Source: Protoeuglena noctilucae (lineage: Eukaryota). From it: a stretch of 64,000 nt of DNA. Shown here piece after piece: positions 60,887 to 64,000 of the stretch. The notes below the pieces were generated by a model. The model was given only the letters and a program-made list of their open reading frames with translations, was not told where the DNA came from and made no database searches. The stretch covers positions 682,001 through 746,000 of the forward strand of contig OY253677.1 of the NCBI GenBank assembly GCA_958009085.1, read 5' to 3'. A program made the translations under genes and the position numbers. Every line of letters begins with the position of its first letter. Within the stretch, counting starts at the first letter, position 1.

Positions 60887-61738
60887 CACTCCCTCACGGC
60901 TGGAGGGTCCCTGCGTCGCGCGCCCGCGCCATCAAATCCTGCGTCGATGAGGAGAACGGGAGGAAGCGACTCAGGCCCGACAGCTCGGAGAACCGTGAGC
61001 TCCCGGCGGGGCAGGGGGAGCGAGACGGGGTTGACTGGAGTTGCGCCGGGCAAAGGCGCGCGTCCAGACAATGCACGAGCAGATTTGGCATCGTGAGATG
61101 TGCCTCCGTCACACAGGGCAAAGAGGCCCCGCCGGAACGCAGGGCCTGGGCCGTGGATGGCGGTGTGCCTAGGGCGCGAGGGGCCCACAGCACCTGCCGG
61201 GAAGTATGAGCGACGTTAGCGCACGCAGAGCGCTTTCTCCCCACTTCACGATCAACTGCAAGGCACATCGTCCCCGCCCACGCCTATGCACTCTTGTTCG
61301 GATTGGTCAATGGGAGTTAAAAGGTCCGGATGGCAGTCCAGTAGTCCAAGCTTCCCAGCAGAGAAAGATGTGTTGCACAACCGCACGAGCGCCGTGCACG
61401 CTGCCCGCGTGATGCATCTGCATGCCCCCCTCGCCTGAGCTCTCTGAAGCGACGGCAGCGAAGGGGACGGTACAGCGCACCACAGATGCGTCAATGAAGG
61501 CGCGCGCGGCAGCCCCTGGTCGAAAACCTGCCGAAAGCGTTTGGTCGCGTTCGCTCCGGCGCCGAGTGCTATGTAAAGAACGTACGGCCGGCGACAAGAC
61601 GGGGTTCTCGGCATGTGTCACGGGAGATATGAATGCGGTCCCGAATCGCCCTCCTCGACGGAGCAGCCGGTCAAAGGTCGGCTTGCAGGAACCACCAGCT
61701 TGTGCTGCAGCCCGCGTCGTTCACAAGAGCCGCACCGC

Positions 61739-62794
61739 CTACGCGAGCACGGAGCAGCTCGCCACGCTGATGCGCGCGAACGGGCGCCGGAAGCCCCTCT
61801 GCGCCACGGCGGCCCGCTTGTCGCCGATCGCCAGCCCGGCCTGCAGGAACGGCGAGCCCGAGTTGTCCTGCACCACCGGCAGCCTCCCCATGCGCTCGAT
61901 CACGTCCATGCCCTCCACGACGCGCCCGACGGGCAGCGCCAGGCCGTCCAGGGAAGGCGCCGCCTGGAGCGTGATGGCGAACCCCGTCCCGTTGGGGGCC
62001 TCGGGACCCAGCTGCGTCTCCACGACCGTGAGCTTCCCGTTCACGGCGACGACCTTGGACTCGACCGGCCGCGGCTTGTCGTCGCGCAGGATGAGCGTCA
62101 CCAGCCCGGGCGCATCATGACGCACTGCCGTTGCTAGCTGCGGGAAGGTGGCGCACTTGCCTGGTCTTACGCAAGCTCGGGCGCGCGAGCTCGTGACATC
62201 AGCAAGCAAGAGCCGCGTTCTCTTGCCTCGGGAAGCAGCGCGGCAACCGAATCGCCCCCAGGCAAGGGGCATGCTCCATCCGCCGAGTAGCTCAGGCGCG
62301 CCACGCCCCCGTTGAGCACATACTCATCCGTAATCTGGTCGAATTTGGACGCGCGGAGGCCGACGCCGCCACTGCCGCGGACGAGGCCCAAGAACCGCCC
62401 CGAGCGGTGGCAGGGGCAGGCGCCGTGGAGCGAGCGTGCGCAGTGGGCAGTGTGGGTCCTCTCCACAAATCTCTCCGTTCCGCACCTGGGCTGCTAATGT
62501 CTCGGGACGGAAGAGCTCGATGACGACGCGGCCGAAGGGCTTGCGGTCGACGGCGATGCTCAGCTCCACGCGCGGCGACACGGACGGGCCCTCTGCGGCC
62601 AACCCGGGGCCGGAGAGGGGAGGCGCGAGGGAGGCGACGGACGCGGTGAGCAGTAAAACGCTCCTGCGCGAGGAGAGGGGAATTCGCGGGCCTGGCACGC
62701 GGGAGGGCGGCGGGGCCAGCGGGACGGAGCTGTGTGCAGGGCCCGGCAGCGGCGCAGCGTCGCGCGGGAGGGGCGCCGCGCGAACGGAGGCCAT
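61739..62794 (-). CDS. CYP26-2: Thylakoid-lumen cyclophilin, CYP26-2-like
   Basis: Transit peptide with twin-arginine SRRSVLL; GRVVIEL, PNGTGFAIT, VGRVVEGMDVI; C-terminal VQDNSGSPF...IGDKRAAVAQRGFRRPF. Intron 2 is GC-AG (62226-62138). Intron 1 lacks a clear AG acceptor. Confidence 0.85.
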
Positions 62795-63466
62795 CCTGGA
62801 AGCCAGCCGGGTCGCTAGATAAGCAAATGTGAGCTCAGATGGCCGCTGAGATAGCGCAGCCTCCTGTCTGACGGAGTTTAACCCGGCATTGCCGAATCCG
62901 CGTCGCGAAACGCGAGTGGGCCGCCATGGAAGTTAGATATGGAGCTAATGGCGCCGCAGGTATTTCGCGGGGAGGGATCCGCTCACGCATTCGCGAGTTC
63001 CAGCGGGACGAAATCTCGGAGCGAGGGCGTCCCGCAAAACGTCGAGGGGCACCCGGCCTAGTCGAAAGGTGGCTGGTCTCGTTTGCGACTTTAAAGAGAA
63101 GGGAACGGGCATCGATAGGTCTGACACGGGGCCCGCATGGCATAGGATAGCCGGATTCCGCCCGTCGCGCGCGATTTCTCCGCGACAGACGGCCCCTCCG
63201 AGTCTCATGCAGGAGTTACGGATCCAACACGTGTCTTTGGGCTTCCGGAGGCCGTGGTCACGGCTCCAGGCGCACCAATGGAATGCTGAGGGGTTTGTCC
63301 AGGAGTTTGGCGGCCCCTGGGGAGGGTGCGCGGATCGCTGCACCGGCCCCTAGCTGCTAGTTGCATTCACGGTACCGGAGGGATCGGCCTCGGGGGCATC
63401 GTCCCATCCCCGGAACGGCACCAGGACGGGGGGCCCTCCCGTCGGCGGGGTGGGGGGCACCCGGGG

Positions 63467-63950
63467 ATGGATGTCGCTGCGGGACGCGTGTTCGAGGAGG
63501 CAGGACCGTCGCAAGGTGGGGCGGTGCCCTCAGCTCTGCAGACAGCCGTCAACGAATTGGGCGGCGCCCCCCGCGCACGTGGGCCTCGGGAAGGGCGGGA
63601 GTGCACAGTGATCGCTTCTGTGTCATAAATGAAAAGCGGCGTGCCCTTCCGTCTGGTTGTTGACCCTCTGGCGGCCGCACGCGGACGCCCGACTGTTCGC
63701 TTCCTGTTTGCAGAGGCCAGGGCGACCAGGGCCACCGCGGGCGTCTGCGGTGAGGGAACGGAGCAGCAGCCGACTTGTCGTGCCGCTGCTGCGCTCCGCC
63801 GCGGCCATCGGCAGCTCGCTGAGCCGCTGGGAGGTCGCCGTCGCGCCCGCAGTGTCTGGTACCAGCTTCGCCATCCTCCGGCTCGGCCAGCGATGTCCGC
63901 CGCCGCAGGACAGTCCCATATCCTCGGGTCAGGCCCGGGGCTCGTCGGGG
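63467..63950 (+). CDS. Possible 5' exons of an unknown gene running off the window
   Basis: Open GC-rich segment flanked by TTTGCAG (about 63712) and GTAAGC (about 63950), divergent from the cyclophilin. No recognisable motif. Confidence 0.25.
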
Positions 63951-64000
63951 TAAGCCACTCGCGTCTCACAGCGTCGGTTTTCAGATCCGAATTTGCGGTG

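Noticed and set aside
1..64000. Reassigned genetic code (TAA/TAG = Gln), as in some ulvophytes
   Set aside because: TAG ends KIF6, the F-box gene and the cyclophilin, and TAA ends the EH gene, at expected positions. I saw no in-frame TAR codons in conserved exons.

Overview
This is GC-rich, intron-dense eukaryotic DNA, most likely from a flagellated green alga: it encodes a Tat-targeted thylakoid-lumen cyclophilin, KIF6 and an ERK7-type MAPK. The genetic code looks standard, since TGA, TAG and TAA all end genes. Hand-splicing gives about 19 protein-coding loci: AK6, a START protein, NAR1, a hidden 150-aa orphan, KIF6, PRP6, MAPK15/ERK7, LSM12, two inverted beta-helix repeat genes, a GRIP golgin, USP39/SAD1, an unknown coiled-coil protein, an F-box/LRR protein, an EH-domain protein, a C1orf74/DUF4504-like protein, a GAF guanylate cyclase, CYP26-2, and possibly the start of one more gene. 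I saw no RNA genes, CRISPR arrays or recognisable transposases. The most unusual signal is that introns of at least six genes carry diverged copies ('echoes') of the neighbouring exon edge, usually with its splice site. These echoes differ from the live exon mostly at synonymous positions and sometimes match the family consensus better than the live exon. Also notable are about 13 GC-AG introns among roughly 95, and an inverted 2-3 kb cassette whose beta-helix gene has 2 versus 9 copies of a 144-bp repeat. A few apparent frameshifts sit in homopolymer runs, so assembly error must be kept in mind.
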